Positions 26,722 through 39,697 of a DNA stretch of 64,000 nucleotides are shown piece after piece. A program made the position numbers and the translations under genes. Position 1 is the stretch's first letter; each line of letters starts with the position of its first letter. The notes beneath the pieces are model-generated. The model saw only the letters and a list, made by a program, of their open reading frames with translations, did not search any database and was not told the DNA's origin. Where the stretch lies: the NCBI GenBank assembly GCA_903911145.1, contig CAIWCD010000007.1, positions 1 to 64,000 of the forward strand. Reading direction: 5' to 3'. This DNA is from an uncultured delta proteobacterium (GTDB taxonomy: Bacteria; Myxococcota; Myxococcia; Myxococcales; 40CM-4-68-19).

Positions 26722-27486
26722 GTGTTTGCCCCGAGTGCGCCACCTGCTGCGTCTCTGCCCGACTTCGACCTCGACGCCGCGCTATCGCTGGTGCAGGGCG
26801 GCCTCGATCAGACGCTCTTCTGGCCGCGCTGGACAGCGCTGCTCTTCATCGCGTTCGCGATCGCACTCACGATGCTCGGTCGCCACGGGCAGCGACTTCT
26901 CGCCGGGACCTCGCTCGGCGGAATCGTCGCGGGCGCGATCCTCCTCGGCTTGCGCCCGCACTTTCCCGACGCGGAGTGGCCGGGATTTCTCGCCGTCCTC
27001 GGCGGCGGCGCAGCGCTCGGACTGGGCATCGCGACGCCCGGATGGACGACGGCGATCGTCTCCGCGACCGCTCTGTGCGCGGTCGGGATGTTCCTCGCCG
27101 TTCGCATCGCGCACGTGTCACTGCTCGTCGGCGCGATTCCGGGTGCGCTGCTCGGACTCTTTCTCGGCCTCGCCAACCATCTCTTCTGGGGCCTCTGGAT
27201 GCCGCCGATCGCAGCGGCCTTCTCGCTCTCGATCGCCGCCGCCCGTCTCCTCGGTGCGGCCGACACCGGCCCCATCGTCAGCGAGCTTGCGCAGGCGCCC
27301 TATAGCCTTGCGCTCTTCGTCGGCCTCTCCATCGCCCTCATCGTCGTCTCTCACGAGCGGGAGCATCGCAAGCGGCTGCGCGCTGCGGCCCGCACCCAGG
27401 CGATGAGCGACCGCGAACTGCAGAGCAAGGTCAAGCGCGAGCGGGAGCGGCACGAGAGGTTTCTCGGCAACAGCGGCGAGAGCTGA
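26722..27486 (+). CDS. Hypothetical multi-pass membrane protein
   Basis: About seven hydrophobic segments and a charged C-terminal tail; typical codon bias; start (GTG 26722) uncertain. Confidence 0.65.
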   Translation: MFAPSAPPAASLPDFDLDAALSLVQGGLDQTLFWPRWTALLFIAFAIALTMLGRHGQRLLAGTSLGGIVAGAILLGLRPHFPDAEWPGFLAVLGGGAALGLGIATPGWTTAIVSATALCAVGMFLAVRIAHVSLLVGAIPGALLGLFLGLANHLFWGLWMPPIAAAFSLSIAAARLLGAADTGPIVSELAQAPYSLALFVGLSIALIVVSHEREHRKRLRAAARTQAMSDRELQSKVKRERERHERFLGNSGES

Positions 27487-27516
27487 AGATCAGCTTTTCC
27501 CGCGCGGAGAGTGCGC

Positions 27517-28158
27517 ATGTATACGCCGCAGATTTTTGATTGGTCAGACGTCCAATCTATCCACACGCAGATGCGTCGCCATCCGTTCGCGCTGCTCCTC
27601 ACGCAGCATCAAGGCGCGCTGCACACCAGCCACCTGCCGTTTCATCTCGACAGCAGGAGGGGTCCGAACGGGACGCTCTCCGCGCACCTCGCCCGCGCCA
27701 ATCCTCACTGCGAGGCGCTCATCGCGGGAGCTGCCAGCCAGGTCGTCTTCACTGGCCCCAACGCGTACATCTCGCCGCGCTGGTACAGCGAGCCTTCGCG
27801 CAACGTGCCGACGTGGAACTACGTCGCAATCCACGCGTTCGGCAGACCGGTGATCGCGCGCGAACTCCAGACCGTGCTGCGCAACATCGCGACGCTCACC
27901 GACGCGCACGAGCAGGGCCGCGCGCAACCTTGGAGCATCGGAGAAGCGCAGGCCCTCAGCGAGAAGCTCGCGGCGCATGTGCTCGCGTTCGAGATCCCCA
28001 TCGAGAGAATTGAGGGCAAACGCAAGCTCAGCCAGAACCGCAGCGAGACCGATCGGATCGGCGTGATGAATGCGCTGAGGGAGGACGAGAGCGCCGACGC
28101 GCAGGAGATTGCCCTGCTGATGGAAGCGCTCTACGCGCCCGAGGGGAAGCTGGCCTGA
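27517..28158 (+). CDS. FMN-binding negative transcriptional regulator (PaiB family)
   Basis: 'MYTP..F', 'SHLPF', 'HLARANP', 'F.GPNAYISPRWY', 'VPTWNYVAIH', 'GKRKLSQNR'. Confidence 0.92.
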   Translation: MYTPQIFDWSDVQSIHTQMRRHPFALLLTQHQGALHTSHLPFHLDSRRGPNGTLSAHLARANPHCEALIAGAASQVVFTGPNAYISPRWYSEPSRNVPTWNYVAIHAFGRPVIARELQTVLRNIATLTDAHEQGRAQPWSIGEAQALSEKLAAHVLAFEIPIERIEGKRKLSQNRSETDRIGVMNALREDESADAQEIALLMEALYAPEGKLA

Positions 28159-28245
28159 GTGCGGTGAAGGAGGATCGCTGCGTGCGCAAATCCGCTCTGG
28201 GCAAGGCCGCGCGCGATCGTTGGCCGAGATGCGGTTGCGAGGTCT

Positions 28246-29097
28246 CTACTTCGCCGCGAGCGGCGTGATCGAAAGATTCCTGCACGCGACGGGAGCTTCC
28301 CAACCCTCGAACGCGAAGCGATCGTGCCCCGGCCCCTCGAGCGGCTGCGGGTCGTCCCAGGCGAGGAACGATTTTCCGTCGAGCTGCCAGTCGAGATGCG
28401 CTGCGGTTGGCGAGTTGGTCCGCGTGATCGTCCAGTGGTAGCTGCGGCCCGGCTCGACATGCACGTCGGTGCGGCGCGGGACGGTCTTGTCGTACTGCCA
28501 CGCATGCTCGCGCTGCTTGACGATCGTCGAGAGCTGGTTGCGCCAGCCGCCGAAGATGAAGACGTAGCCGGTCGTCGTGTACTGCACGTCCCGCTGCACA
28601 TCTTCGTCGCTCTCGAAGGCGCGCCCATCGCCGAACAGCTCGACCTTCACGTCCCCGTCGGCGCTCTGCCCCGTGCAGTCGAACTCGACCCGCACGTCGC
28701 GCGGCAGCGAACGCTCGAGCCAGAGCGGGTGGTTGTGCGCCATGCTGAACGTGAGCTGCCCGTGCTGAAGACGGTAGGGCCCGCCGCTGTTGAACCAGTC
28801 CGCTCCGAGCTCTGCGCGATCGAATCGATCGACGAATCCCTTCGGCCCGATCGCAGGGACGGCGGCTGCGCTCTTGGCGGCCGGGACAGCTGCAGGCGTG
28901 GACGGCACTGGCAACGCAGGCGGCGCGCGCGGCGTTTCGATCGGAACGATCTGGCTCGATTGCCCCGGCAGCAGCTTGCGCGGAGGAGGCGGTGGCGCGG
29001 AACAGGCGAGCAGCGCAGTCGTCAGCAGCGCGGAGCAAGCGATGCGGATCGATCGCGCTCGTCCACGCCCAGCAAGGCTTTGCGGCGACGCGACCAC
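28246..29097 (-). CDS. Hypothetical lipoprotein with lectin/ConA-like beta-sandwich domain (paralogue of 29102-29995)
   Basis: Lipobox LLAC, Pro/Ala linker, 'FDR..LG.D....GG.YRL..G.L......HNHPLWL...LP.D'; start uncertain. Confidence 0.7.
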   Translation of the reverse strand: MVASPQSLAGRGRARSIRIACSALLTTALLACSAPPPPPRKLLPGQSSQIVPIETPRAPPALPVPSTPAAVPAAKSAAAVPAIGPKGFVDRFDRAELGADWFNSGGPYRLQHGQLTFSMAHNHPLWLERSLPRDVRVEFDCTGQSADGDVKVELFGDGRAFESDEDVQRDVQYTTTGYVFIFGGWRNQLSTIVKQREHAWQYDKTVPRRTDVHVEPGRSYHWTITRTNSPTAAHLDWQLDGKSFLAWDDPQPLEGPGHDRFAFEGWEAPVACRNLSITPLAAK

Positions 29098-29101
29098 GAC
29101 G

Positions 29102-29995
29102 TCAAATCCCTTCGATCTGGAGATTGTCGAAGTAGGTGTAGCCCTGCCAGCTCGAGAAGCCGAAGCGATCGTGGCCCGCATGGAACAGATTTTCGCTGCC
29201 CGAGAGCGGCCGGGGATCGTTGAGTTCGAGCACCAGCTGTCCGTCGATCTCCCAGCGAATCGAGCCACCCTTCTTGGTGATCGTCATGTGGTAGCGCTGG
29301 CCGCGCACCACGCGCAGATCTCCGCGGCGCACCGCGAACGGCGTGTCGGACTCGAAGTAGTTTCCGGCGGCGAGACGATCGAGATCGCGCTGGGCGCTCC
29401 AGGCTTGAATCGGCTGCGCGATCGTATCCCACGCCCCCTCGATGCCCGTGGTGCGCACCGGGAACGGCCGGGCCTGCGCTGCGAGCCGGGCGCGCTGATC
29501 GTCGATGGTGAGAGCGCGCTCGTCGAACTTGGTGATGCGACTTTCCGTGTTGCGCGCGATGCCGAGGAGGAACTGGTAGCCGGTGCCGTGGCTGCGGCCA
29601 TCTCCCCACGCCTCGAACTCAATGTCGCCGCCGGCCGCGTCGCTCCAGGCGTCGAACGAGATGCGCGCGTCGTCGGGCAGGCGGGCCTTGAGCCAGAGCG
29701 GGTTGTGCCCGACGCCCGGCGAGAAGAGCTTGCCGTCGACGAGCCGCCAGAGTCCGCCGTTGGACCAGTAATCGTCGCCGAGAGCGGTCCGATCGAACGT
29801 GTCCTGGAAAGGCACGCCCTGCGTCACCTCGCGCGCACCGCGCAGGTAGTGATGCAGGAACGGCAGCTGCACGGCGAGGATGAGCGCCGCGAGCGGAACC
29901 CAGTAGCGCGTCTGCCGCAGCGGATGATTTTGCAAGGCTTGGATGGACATGCGGGGCTCTCGATACTCCGAACTCGCGTCTGCTGTCTCGGTCAT
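29102..29995 (-). CDS. Hypothetical membrane-anchored protein (paralogue of 28246-29097)
   Basis: N-terminal TM; same motif series (FDR, GHNPLWL, GDGR, DPRPL.G..HDRFGF). Confidence 0.7.
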   Translation of the reverse strand: MTETADASSEYREPRMSIQALQNHPLRQTRYWVPLAALILAVQLPFLHHYLRGAREVTQGVPFQDTFDRTALGDDYWSNGGLWRLVDGKLFSPGVGHNPLWLKARLPDDARISFDAWSDAAGGDIEFEAWGDGRSHGTGYQFLLGIARNTESRITKFDERALTIDDQRARLAAQARPFPVRTTGIEGAWDTIAQPIQAWSAQRDLDRLAAGNYFESDTPFAVRRGDLRVVRGQRYHMTITKKGGSIRWEIDGQLVLELNDPRPLSGSENLFHAGHDRFGFSSWQGYTYFDNLQIEGI

Positions 29996-30021
29996 CCTGC
30001 GCACGAGAGAACGCGGCCGAT

Positions 30022-31221
30022 CTAGTCGTCGTTCACCGAGAGCTGCGCGAAGTCGGGCATGCGCTCGCGCAGGAACTCGCGCAGCTGATCGGTCAGGCGC
30101 GCCTCGAGCTGGCGCGCGCGCTCGCGGGTGAAGCCATATTTCTCGCCAATCTGCTGCAGCGTCAGCGCCTCTTTCCCCTCGGGGACCGCGATCCGGTTCT
30201 CGAAGAAGAAGCGATCCTTCTCGGTGGTCAGCGTCTTGCCAAACGCGGTGAGATTCTCCTTGAAGACCCGCCGCAGCTCCTCGTCGCCAAGCTGCTCCTC
30301 GGCGTTGCGCGAGCGCTCGCTCAAGCGATCACCGTGCGTCTGCTTGGACTCATCGCTCGAGCCGACCGGCGCGTCGATCGACAGCTCGTCGTTGCCGAGC
30401 CGCTGATCCATCTCGCGGATGTCCTGCTCGCTGACGTCGAGCTTCTCGGCCAGCAGTCTGGGCGCGGCATCGAAGCCTTGTGCGAGCAGCTTCTCCTGCT
30501 CCTTGCGCAGATTGAAGAAGAGCTTGCGCTGCGCCTGGGTGGTGCCGAGTTTCACCATGCGCCAGTTGTCCATCAGGTATCGGAGGATATAGGCGCGGAT
30601 CCACCAGGCGGCATACGAGGAGAGCTTCACGCCGCGCAGCGGATCGTACTTCTGCACCGCCTGCATCAGCCCGACGTTGCCCTCCTGGATCAGGTCGAGC
30701 ACGTTGAAGGCGGCCCGGCGGAACTCCATCGCGATCTTGACGACGAGCCGCAGATTGGCCGTCACCAGCCGATAGGCGAGCGCCGGGTCTTGCGTCTCTT
30801 TGAACTTCACTGCGAGCGAATGTTCCTCCTCGCGCGTCAGCAGCGGGTGGCGCGAGATCTCCGAGAGGTAGCGCGTGAGCGCGTCGGCGCGAGAGAGATC
30901 GGCACCGGCGCCGCGCACGACCGCAAGCGCGGGCGCATCTTCGTCCGAGGCGCTCTCGGCGGCCTCCTCTGTCTCGGCCTCCTCCTCATCCTCGTCGAGC
31001 GGCTCGATCGGCAAGAGCGCAGTGTGCGCCGCCTTGCCCTTGCGCTCCTCGGGCGCACCCACCACCTCGGCGGCGACGACCTCCGGCTCAAGCGGCGTCT
31101 CGTCGGAAGCGTGCTCGTCAGCGTCCAGCACCGGCGCGTCAACGCCCTTGCCCTTCGCGGCACTCTTCGCGCGCGGGGCAGGCGCCTTCTTGCGGCCAGC
31201 TTTGCGCGGCTCTTTGCTCAT
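30022..31221 (-). CDS. RNA polymerase sigma factor, sigma32/RpoH-like
   Basis: 'LVTANLRLVVKIA', 'DLIQEGNVGLM.AV.KYDP.RG..LSSYA.WWIRA', RpoH box 'QRKLFFNLR', region 4 'TLQQIGEKYGFTRERARQLE'. Confidence 0.92.
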   Translation of the reverse strand: MSKEPRKAGRKKAPAPRAKSAAKGKGVDAPVLDADEHASDETPLEPEVVAAEVVGAPEERKGKAAHTALLPIEPLDEDEEEAETEEAAESASDEDAPALAVVRGAGADLSRADALTRYLSEISRHPLLTREEEHSLAVKFKETQDPALAYRLVTANLRLVVKIAMEFRRAAFNVLDLIQEGNVGLMQAVQKYDPLRGVKLSSYAAWWIRAYILRYLMDNWRMVKLGTTQAQRKLFFNLRKEQEKLLAQGFDAAPRLLAEKLDVSEQDIREMDQRLGNDELSIDAPVGSSDESKQTHGDRLSERSRNAEEQLGDEELRRVFKENLTAFGKTLTTEKDRFFFENRIAVPEGKEALTLQQIGEKYGFTRERARQLEARLTDQLREFLRERMPDFAQLSVNDD

Positions 31222-31309
31222 CTCGACTTCCCAGAGGGGCGGGTGCTATACAGCCAACCTTTTCAGCATTCAAGCCGCTCCGATCCCCTGCGGCAGAACC
31301 ATTGGTCCA

Positions 31310-33172
31310 ATGAGCGATTACGTCGCAACAAGAACGTTTGCCGAACTCCCCCTCTCCGAAGAGCTGCGCCGCGCCATCGCCGAGAAGGGCTACACCGCGC
31401 CCACGCCTGTGCAGGCCGCCGTGCTCGAGCCGATCCTCGCCGGCCGCGACCTGATCGTCCGCAGCAAGACCGGCACTGGCAAGACCGCCGCGTTCGGCAT
31501 CCCGCTCATCGAGCGCATCCCGGTCGGCACCAAGCACGTCGCAGCCGTCGCGCTCTGCAACACGCGCGAGCTGGCCATCCAGGTCGCCGAGGAGCTTGCG
31601 TCTCTCTCGAAATACAAGGGTCTCGAGGTGGTCACCATCTACGGCGGCGCCTCGGCCGACGACCAGATGCGCGCGCTCGATCGCGGCGCGGCGATCGTCG
31701 TGGGCACACCCGGCCGCGTGCAGGACCTCTTCGATCGCGGACGTCTGAAGTTTGATCAGGTGCAGACCTGCGTGCTCGATGAGGCCGATGAAATGCTCGG
31801 CGCGGGCTTCTTTGAAGACGTCACGCGCATTCTCAACAGCCTGCCCAAGAGCCGCCAGACGCTGCTCTTCTCCGCGACGGTCCCGCCGGACATCGAGCAG
31901 CTCGTCCAGACCTATCTGCGCAATCCCGAGACGATTCTCCTCTCGGGCGATGTCTTCACGGTCGACCATATCGACAACGTGATTATCGACGTCGTCGATC
32001 AATATCCCAAGCCGCGCAATCTTCTCTATCTGCTCGAGAGGGAAAATCCCGATAGCGCGATCATCTTCTGCAATACGCGCACGGATACCGAGTTGATTGC
32101 CAACGTGCTCAATCGCCACGGCCTCGACGCCGAGATGCTCAATGGCGATCTCCCGCAGAAGGAGCGCGAGCGGGTGATGGGCCGGATTAAAAAGGGCGAG
32201 CTCAGATTCATGGTCGCCACCGATCTCGCGGCGCGCGGAATCGATATCAGCGACTTAACGCACGTGATTAACTATTCACTGCCCGAAGACCCCGCGGTCT
32301 ATCTCCACCGCGTCGGCCGCACGGGGCGTATCGGTAAGAAGGGTACGGCTCTCTCGCTCGTCACGGGCGCGGAGATCATGACGCTCTCCACTCTGCAGAA
32401 GAAGTTCGGGATTAAATTCCGCCAAATGACACTGCCCTCGCCTGAAGAAGCCAAGAGCCTCTGGACCGACCGCGCGATTAAAGAGCTTCGCGATGCCATG
32501 TCGACGGGAATGGCGTTCGAGGCCTATCTCCCGCTGGCGAAGGATCTCGCGGGCAAGGACGAGCGCCACTCGCTGCTCGCCTATGCATTAAAATATTTCT
32601 TTACGCATCACCGGATGGAGCGCGCGCAGGTCCGCTCGGCTGCCGAGGAGAAGCTCGACGCCAAGGCCGATGCGCAGGCCGCGCACGACTTCCATGCGAG
32701 CCACGCGGAGCGTCCGCGCAAGGGTCGTGATGGAAAGTCGAGCGAGCGTGGAGCGCGCGGTGAGCGCGGCGCGCGCGATGCGGCCCGCGGTCCTCGTGAA
32801 GGTGCGCCAGCACGCGAGAAGCGCCCGCCGCGGGAGGCCGCGGCACCAGCAGCCAATGGCGCCACTGATTCAGCGCAGGCCGCAACGCCGGTCGATCCGA
32901 ATGCGCCACCCGCGCAGACTGCGCCAATCGATCGCGTGAAGCTCTTCGTCACCGCCGGCAGCGAGCAGGGCTGGGACAACGAAAAGCTCGCGCAGGCCAT
33001 CAGCGCCCTCGCTGGGCAGCCGCGCGACTCAGTGCTCGCGCTCGATGTGAAGCCACGCCACGCCTACGTCGTGGTGAAGCCCGACGCGCATACCGCCTAT
33101 GTTGCGAAGAACGGCGCGATGCTCGGCGAGGCGGCGGTCTCGATTGAAGTTGCCCGGCCGCGTCGCCGGTAA
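31310..33172 (+). CDS. DEAD-box RNA helicase with C-terminal DbpA-like RNA-binding domain
   Basis: Q motif, 'SKTGTGKT', 'TRELA', 'TPGR', 'DEAD', 'SAT', 'ARGID', 'HRVGRTGR'. Confidence 0.95.
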   Translation: MSDYVATRTFAELPLSEELRRAIAEKGYTAPTPVQAAVLEPILAGRDLIVRSKTGTGKTAAFGIPLIERIPVGTKHVAAVALCNTRELAIQVAEELASLSKYKGLEVVTIYGGASADDQMRALDRGAAIVVGTPGRVQDLFDRGRLKFDQVQTCVLDEADEMLGAGFFEDVTRILNSLPKSRQTLLFSATVPPDIEQLVQTYLRNPETILLSGDVFTVDHIDNVIIDVVDQYPKPRNLLYLLERENPDSAIIFCNTRTDTELIANVLNRHGLDAEMLNGDLPQKERERVMGRIKKGELRFMVATDLAARGIDISDLTHVINYSLPEDPAVYLHRVGRTGRIGKKGTALSLVTGAEIMTLSTLQKKFGIKFRQMTLPSPEEAKSLWTDRAIKELRDAMSTGMAFEAYLPLAKDLAGKDERHSLLAYALKYFFTHHRMERAQVRSAAEEKLDAKADAQAAHDFHASHAERPRKGRDGKSSERGARGERGARDAARGPREGAPAREKRPPREAAAPAANGATDSAQAATPVDPNAPPAQTAPIDRVKLFVTAGSEQGWDNEKLAQAISALAGQPRDSVLALDVKPRHAYVVVKPDAHTAYVAKNGAMLGEAAVSIEVARPRRR

Positions 33173-33184
33173 TCGGCAATCCCA

Positions 33185-34024
33185 ATGAAGACCGTTGCGG
33201 CCAACGGCCTTACGTTCGCTTATCTCGAGGAGGGCGCAGGCCCCCTCGTGCTGCTCCTGCACGGCTTTCCGGATACGCCCCATACCTGGGACGGCGTGAT
33301 ATCGCCGCTCGCGCGCGCCGGATATCGCGCCGTCGCTCCATATCTGCGCGGATATCACCCGACCGAGATTCCCGGAGACGGGAAATATGACAGCGATACC
33401 CTCGGCCGCGATGTATTGGCGCTGATTGAAGCGCTCGGCGAAGAGAGTGCCATCGTTGTCGCGCACGACTGGGGAACCGCGGGCGCGTTCACGGCCGCAG
33501 CGATGGATCCGAAGCGAATCCGCTTCCTGATCACCGTTGCAATTCCCCACGCCGGCGCCGTGCTGCCCTATCCACGCATCATCTGGGGCGCGCGCCATTT
33601 CCTGACCTTTCAATCGAAGCGCACTGAGGCGTGGATTCGCGAGAACAACCTCGCGGGGATCGACGCTCTCGTGCGCCGCTGGTCGCCGACGTGGAACTTT
33701 CCGGAGAGCGAGACGGCGCGCGTGAAGGAGTCGTTCCGCCATCCCGGCTCGCTCGAAGCAGCGCTTGGTTATTACCGCGCGCTGACACTGCCTTCGAAAT
33801 CAATGCGCGCTCCAGTCCAGATGCCGAGCGCCGCGTTCTACGGCTCGGAGGATCCGGCGCTCCGGCGCAGCGATTTCGAGCGCGCGCGGCGGCATTACCA
33901 GCGGAGCTACGAAATCATCGAAACGCGCGGAGGACATTTTCTCCAGCGCGAAGACCCGGATCGATTTCGCGAGGAGCTGCTGCGCGCCCTGCGCTCCTTC
34001 GAGCGAGACATCCATGGCACTTAG
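33185..34024 (+). CDS. Alpha/beta hydrolase (epoxide hydrolase-like)
   Basis: 'LLHGFPD', 'RGY', nucleophile 'HDWG', 'GHFLQRE'. Confidence 0.9.
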   Translation: MKTVAANGLTFAYLEEGAGPLVLLLHGFPDTPHTWDGVISPLARAGYRAVAPYLRGYHPTEIPGDGKYDSDTLGRDVLALIEALGEESAIVVAHDWGTAGAFTAAAMDPKRIRFLITVAIPHAGAVLPYPRIIWGARHFLTFQSKRTEAWIRENNLAGIDALVRRWSPTWNFPESETARVKESFRHPGSLEAALGYYRALTLPSKSMRAPVQMPSAAFYGSEDPALRRSDFERARRHYQRSYEIIETRGGHFLQREDPDRFREELLRALRSFERDIHGT

Positions 34025-34568
34025 GTGCGCTCCCATTGATGTGACCTGGGCGGTCGACGTCCGCGAGGAACAAAGCCGAATCAGGCGCTCAATGGCGCTT
34101 TTGGCGGGGCTCTCTCTCGTCGCGCTCGTATGCAGCATCGCGTTCGTCTGGAAAGTGATTCACCGCGACTCCGCGATCCCCCAATGGATCCTCTGGTTCG
34201 CGCTGCTGTTCGCCTGGCTTCCCCTGGACGCGGCGAGAGTCTGGTACCGCCTCCGCAAGAAGCAGAAGGTCGAGATCGATCCGGAGCGCCCGTTGCAGCT
34301 GAGCTTCAACGATGCGGGCGTTCACGGATGGGCATTGGAAGACCTGCAGTTGCAATGGGAGCAGGTCAACAGCGTGCGCGTCGGCAAGCAGTTCGTCGAT
34401 ATCAACCATTGGCCGACTCCCAACGACGAGCTGCACCTCACCAGCGTTCCCTTGCGCGCATTTTCCGACGAGCAGCTGCGACGCTTTACGGACCTGATCG
34501 AGCGCGTCACGCCTCGCTTCCAGATTGGCGAAGGGCTGGCGGTGCGCCACCCGAAGCGCGACCATTGA
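34014..34568 (+). CDS. Hypothetical membrane protein (YcxB-like C-terminus)
   Basis: Two TM segments then 'F.D.G.......L.W..V......VPLRAF'; overlaps the upstream gene end. Confidence 0.55.
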   Translation: MALRCAPIDVTWAVDVREEQSRIRRSMALLAGLSLVALVCSIAFVWKVIHRDSAIPQWILWFALLFAWLPLDAARVWYRLRKKQKVEIDPERPLQLSFNDAGVHGWALEDLQLQWEQVNSVRVGKQFVDINHWPTPNDELHLTSVPLRAFSDEQLRRFTDLIERVTPRFQIGEGLAVRHPKRDH

Positions 34569-34605
34569 TCATTGCAGAGCCCCGCTGCCCGAGGAGGAGA
34601 CGTTC

Positions 34606-34896
34606 TTGACCGCGCAACTTCAATACACAGCAGCAGGAGACGGCCATGTCGTCTTACTCGGTGACGAGGTTGTGCTGATTGGTCGCGCCCGGGATTGCGA
34701 TCTCCGCTTCCGCGACGATGCGACGATGTCCGCGCACCATGCGCGCATCGTCCGCGAGAACGAACGCCACTGGGTCGAAACCCTCGACGGCAGCGATGAG
34801 ATGCTCGTCAACGGCACGGCAACACAGCGCCATCACCTCCGACATCGCGACCGGGTTCAGTGCGGCAAGACGGTGTTCGAATACTTCGACGAATAA
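34606..34896 (+). CDS. Stand-alone FHA-domain protein
   Basis: 'IGR...CDL...DD..MS..HARI', 'VNG......L...DRV.CG'; GAGGAGG RBS before TTG 34606. Confidence 0.8.
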   Translation: MTAQLQYTAAGDGHVVLLGDEVVLIGRARDCDLRFRDDATMSAHHARIVRENERHWVETLDGSDEMLVNGTATQRHHLRHRDRVQCGKTVFEYFDE

Positions 34897-34905
34897 CGTC
34901 GCGAT

Positions 34906-36420
34906 CTACTCCAGCTTCCGCTCGCTGTGCTCCTTCCCATCAAACCGAAGGATGAGTTTCTTCCCCTCCCCCATCGTCTCGAGCGCCACTGGCCTGCGCC
35001 ACATCGCCGCGAGATTGGCGAGAGTATCGTTCGCATAGTCCGGTCTGAGATCGACGCCATCGTGACGATGCGTCAGCAGCAACTCGCCGCGGTTCTCGTA
35101 ATTGCCGTCGGTGACATCGATTAACGGCTGCCCGAAGTTGGTCAACTGCTGGAGCAGCTTGCCCTTCACCGCCGCGAACTCGCGCGTGAGGATCTGCCAG
35201 CTCGCACCCTTTTCATTAAAGTCATAGACGAAGAGCTGCTGCTGCATTGCGAATTCGGGAGTTAGAAACTCGTCGATGAACGTGATGTCATTGCAGTGCT
35301 TGCGCACCTCGAAGATCTTCTGCCGGCCCAATCCCGTCTTCTTGTCCCAGGCCCGGCGCGCGCGCAGATCATCGCATTCGTCCCACTCTTTACCGAACTG
35401 GCCCTTGTTCCACCGCTCTTCGATATGGCGCCAGAGTTCGATACCAAGTTTATATGGGTTTAATGAACCCGGCCGCGTCGCCATCGTGCCCGAATGATGG
35501 TCCGCGTAATCAATGATCTCCGAATCGCGCAGCGCCTTCTCGGTCATGATCTTCGAGTGCCAGTAACTCGCCCAGCCCTCGTTCATGATCTTCGTTTGGC
35601 CTTGCGGTGCGAAGTAATAGGCCTCTTCGCGAATCACCGAGAGGACATCAGCCTCCCAGCGCTCAAGCGGCGCGTGCTCCAAGAGGAACAGGAGAACATC
35701 GCGCTCCGGCCGCTCGGGGAACTTCTTGAGCTTCGCCCGCTCATCGACCAGTTTCTTGCGCTGCTCGTCGAGAAACGACTGCGGGTTGATGAACTGGTTC
35801 ATATATTCGCGGTCGTTCTTGAACCCGTGCACCTCAATCGCGCGTTTCTCCTCCTCCTCGCGTGCCGCCGTCTTCTCCCGCTCGCTCGGATTGCGGAAGT
35901 GCGGCCGGTGCTGATCGATCAGGTTCTCCAGCGAGAGCGCGCGGTCGATGAACGTCTCGACCTTCTCAATCCCGACCCGATCGACAATGCGCCGCACGCG
36001 CGTGGCGTGATTGGCCATCTCATCGATCATCTTCCGATTGGTGTGCGCGAACGAGAAGTTGTTCTTGAAGAAGTCGACGTGCCCGAATACGTGGGCCATG
36101 ACGAGCTTCTGATCCACATCCATATTCGCTTCGAGCAGATAGGCGTAGCTGGGGTTGTTGTTGATCACCAGTTCGTAGATCTTCGAAAGTCCATACTCAT
36201 AGCCCTTCGAAAGCTGCTCGTAATCCATTCCCCAGCGCCAGTGGGGATATCGATTGGGAAAGCCGCCATAGGCGGCCACCATATTCATCTCGTCGAAGCC
36301 GACCACCTCGAAGATGGTCTCGAAGAAATCGAGGCCATACCCACGCGCATATCCCTCAATCTCCTTGCGCAGGGCCGCCAGATGGGGCGGCAACAACCGC
36401 GCGGTCTCGGCGCTGGGCAC
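34906..36420 (-). CDS. spoVR: SpoVR-family protein
   Basis: '[13 protein letters not shown]', '[11 protein letters not shown]', '[13 protein letters not shown]', '[14 protein letters not shown]', 'LNPYKLG'. Confidence 0.95.
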   Translation of the reverse strand: MPSAETARLLPPHLAALRKEIEGYARGYGLDFFETIFEVVGFDEMNMVAAYGGFPNRYPHWRWGMDYEQLSKGYEYGLSKIYELVINNNPSYAYLLEANMDVDQKLVMAHVFGHVDFFKNNFSFAHTNRKMIDEMANHATRVRRIVDRVGIEKVETFIDRALSLENLIDQHRPHFRNPSEREKTAAREEEEKRAIEVHGFKNDREYMNQFINPQSFLDEQRKKLVDERAKLKKFPERPERDVLLFLLEHAPLERWEADVLSVIREEAYYFAPQGQTKIMNEGWASYWHSKIMTEKALRDSEIIDYADHHSGTMATRPGSLNPYKLGIELWRHIEERWNKGQFGKEWDECDDLRARRAWDKKTGLGRQKIFEVRKHCNDITFIDEFLTPEFAMQQQLFVYDFNEKGASWQILTREFAAVKGKLLQQLTNFGQPLIDVTDGNYENRGELLLTHRHDGVDLRPDYANDTLANLAAMWRRPVALETMGEGKKLILRFDGKEHSERKLE

Positions 36421-36422
36421 GG

Positions 36423-37535
36423 CTACTTCCCCTTTCCGAGGAAATCCTTGATCGATTGATAGATCGCATCCTTGTTGGCAATCTCCGAGAGCGCGACGGT
36501 CTCCGTCTTTCCAAACGACTCGCGCAGGTCCTTGATGAACTGCCCCGACCCATACGGACTCTCGACCTGCCCATAAGCAAACTGGTTGGCCTTGGGAACG
36601 ATCTGGTCGCGCAAGAGCGAGATACAGGCGCGCGTATCATCCGCGCTCCAGTTGTCCCCGTCGGAGAAGTGGAACGGATAGATATTCCACGAGCCCGAGT
36701 CGTAATCCTTGTCCATCATCTCCTTGCAGAGCTTGTAGGCCGACGAGATCATCGTCCCGCCCGACTCCCTCGTATGGAAGAAGGTCTCACGATCCACCTC
36801 GCGCGCGACGGCATCGTGAATGATATAGCGCGTCTCGAGTCCCTTATAGTTGGCGCGCAACCAGGTATCGATCCAGAAGCTCTCGATCCGCACGATCTCC
36901 TTCTGTTCGTCGCCCATCGAACCGGATACATCCATCATATAGATGACCACCGCGTTGCTCTGCGGCTGCGGATCGAGGCGCCAGGTACGGTAACGCTTGT
37001 CCTCGCGCGTCGGCACCACGAGCGGATTCTCCGGATTGTACGTCCCGTTGGCGATGCTTCGCTTTAATGCCTGCTTATAGGTCCGCTTGAAGTGGCGCAG
37101 CGATTCAGGGCCGGTCGTATGAACGCCCGAATACTTCACCTTGGGCGTGGTGAGGTTCTTCCTCCCGCGCGTCTCGATGCGAGGCAGCGCCAGCTCCTCG
37201 CCGAGGATCTCCGCAAGCTCATCGAGCGAGAGATCGACCTCGAGGGTGTGCTGGCCTTCACCCTCGCCCGCCTTGCCCGTCCCCTCGCCCTCCTGCTGCT
37301 CCTTTCCCAGCGAGTCACCCGGCTCGCCCGGACCTTGCCCGACGCCGCCCTTCTTGCGCGAACCGAACTGAAAGTGCGGGATATCAATCGAAGGGACAGG
37401 AATCGAAATGACGTCCTTGCCCTTCTTTCCGAGCATCTCTCCCTTCTGCACATATTTGCGCAGGTTCTCTTTAATCTTCCCGCGCACGATCTCGCGGAAG
37501 CGATTGTGATCCTGCTTGATGCGAAGGGGGCTCAC
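36423..37535 (-). CDS. DUF444 (YeaH/YhbH) family protein
   Basis: 'GVGQG.G', 'MMDVSGSM', 'ESGGT.ISSAY', '[14 protein letters not shown]'. Confidence 0.93.
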   Translation of the reverse strand: MSPLRIKQDHNRFREIVRGKIKENLRKYVQKGEMLGKKGKDVISIPVPSIDIPHFQFGSRKKGGVGQGPGEPGDSLGKEQQEGEGTGKAGEGEGQHTLEVDLSLDELAEILGEELALPRIETRGRKNLTTPKVKYSGVHTTGPESLRHFKRTYKQALKRSIANGTYNPENPLVVPTREDKRYRTWRLDPQPQSNAVVIYMMDVSGSMGDEQKEIVRIESFWIDTWLRANYKGLETRYIIHDAVAREVDRETFFHTRESGGTMISSAYKLCKEMMDKDYDSGSWNIYPFHFSDGDNWSADDTRACISLLRDQIVPKANQFAYGQVESPYGSGQFIKDLRESFGKTETVALSEIANKDAIYQSIKDFLGKGK

Positions 37536-37539
37536 GGAA

Positions 37540-39588
<2,049 letters not shown>

Positions 39589-39697
39589 ATGATGCCTCCC
39601 GTGCAGACAGCGTAAGGCCGAGAGTGAATCAGAGCAATCTTCCCGCCAAGGATGGGGCTTGCTGCCAGAGGCAAAAGGTGCTTGTGACCGCAGCGCA

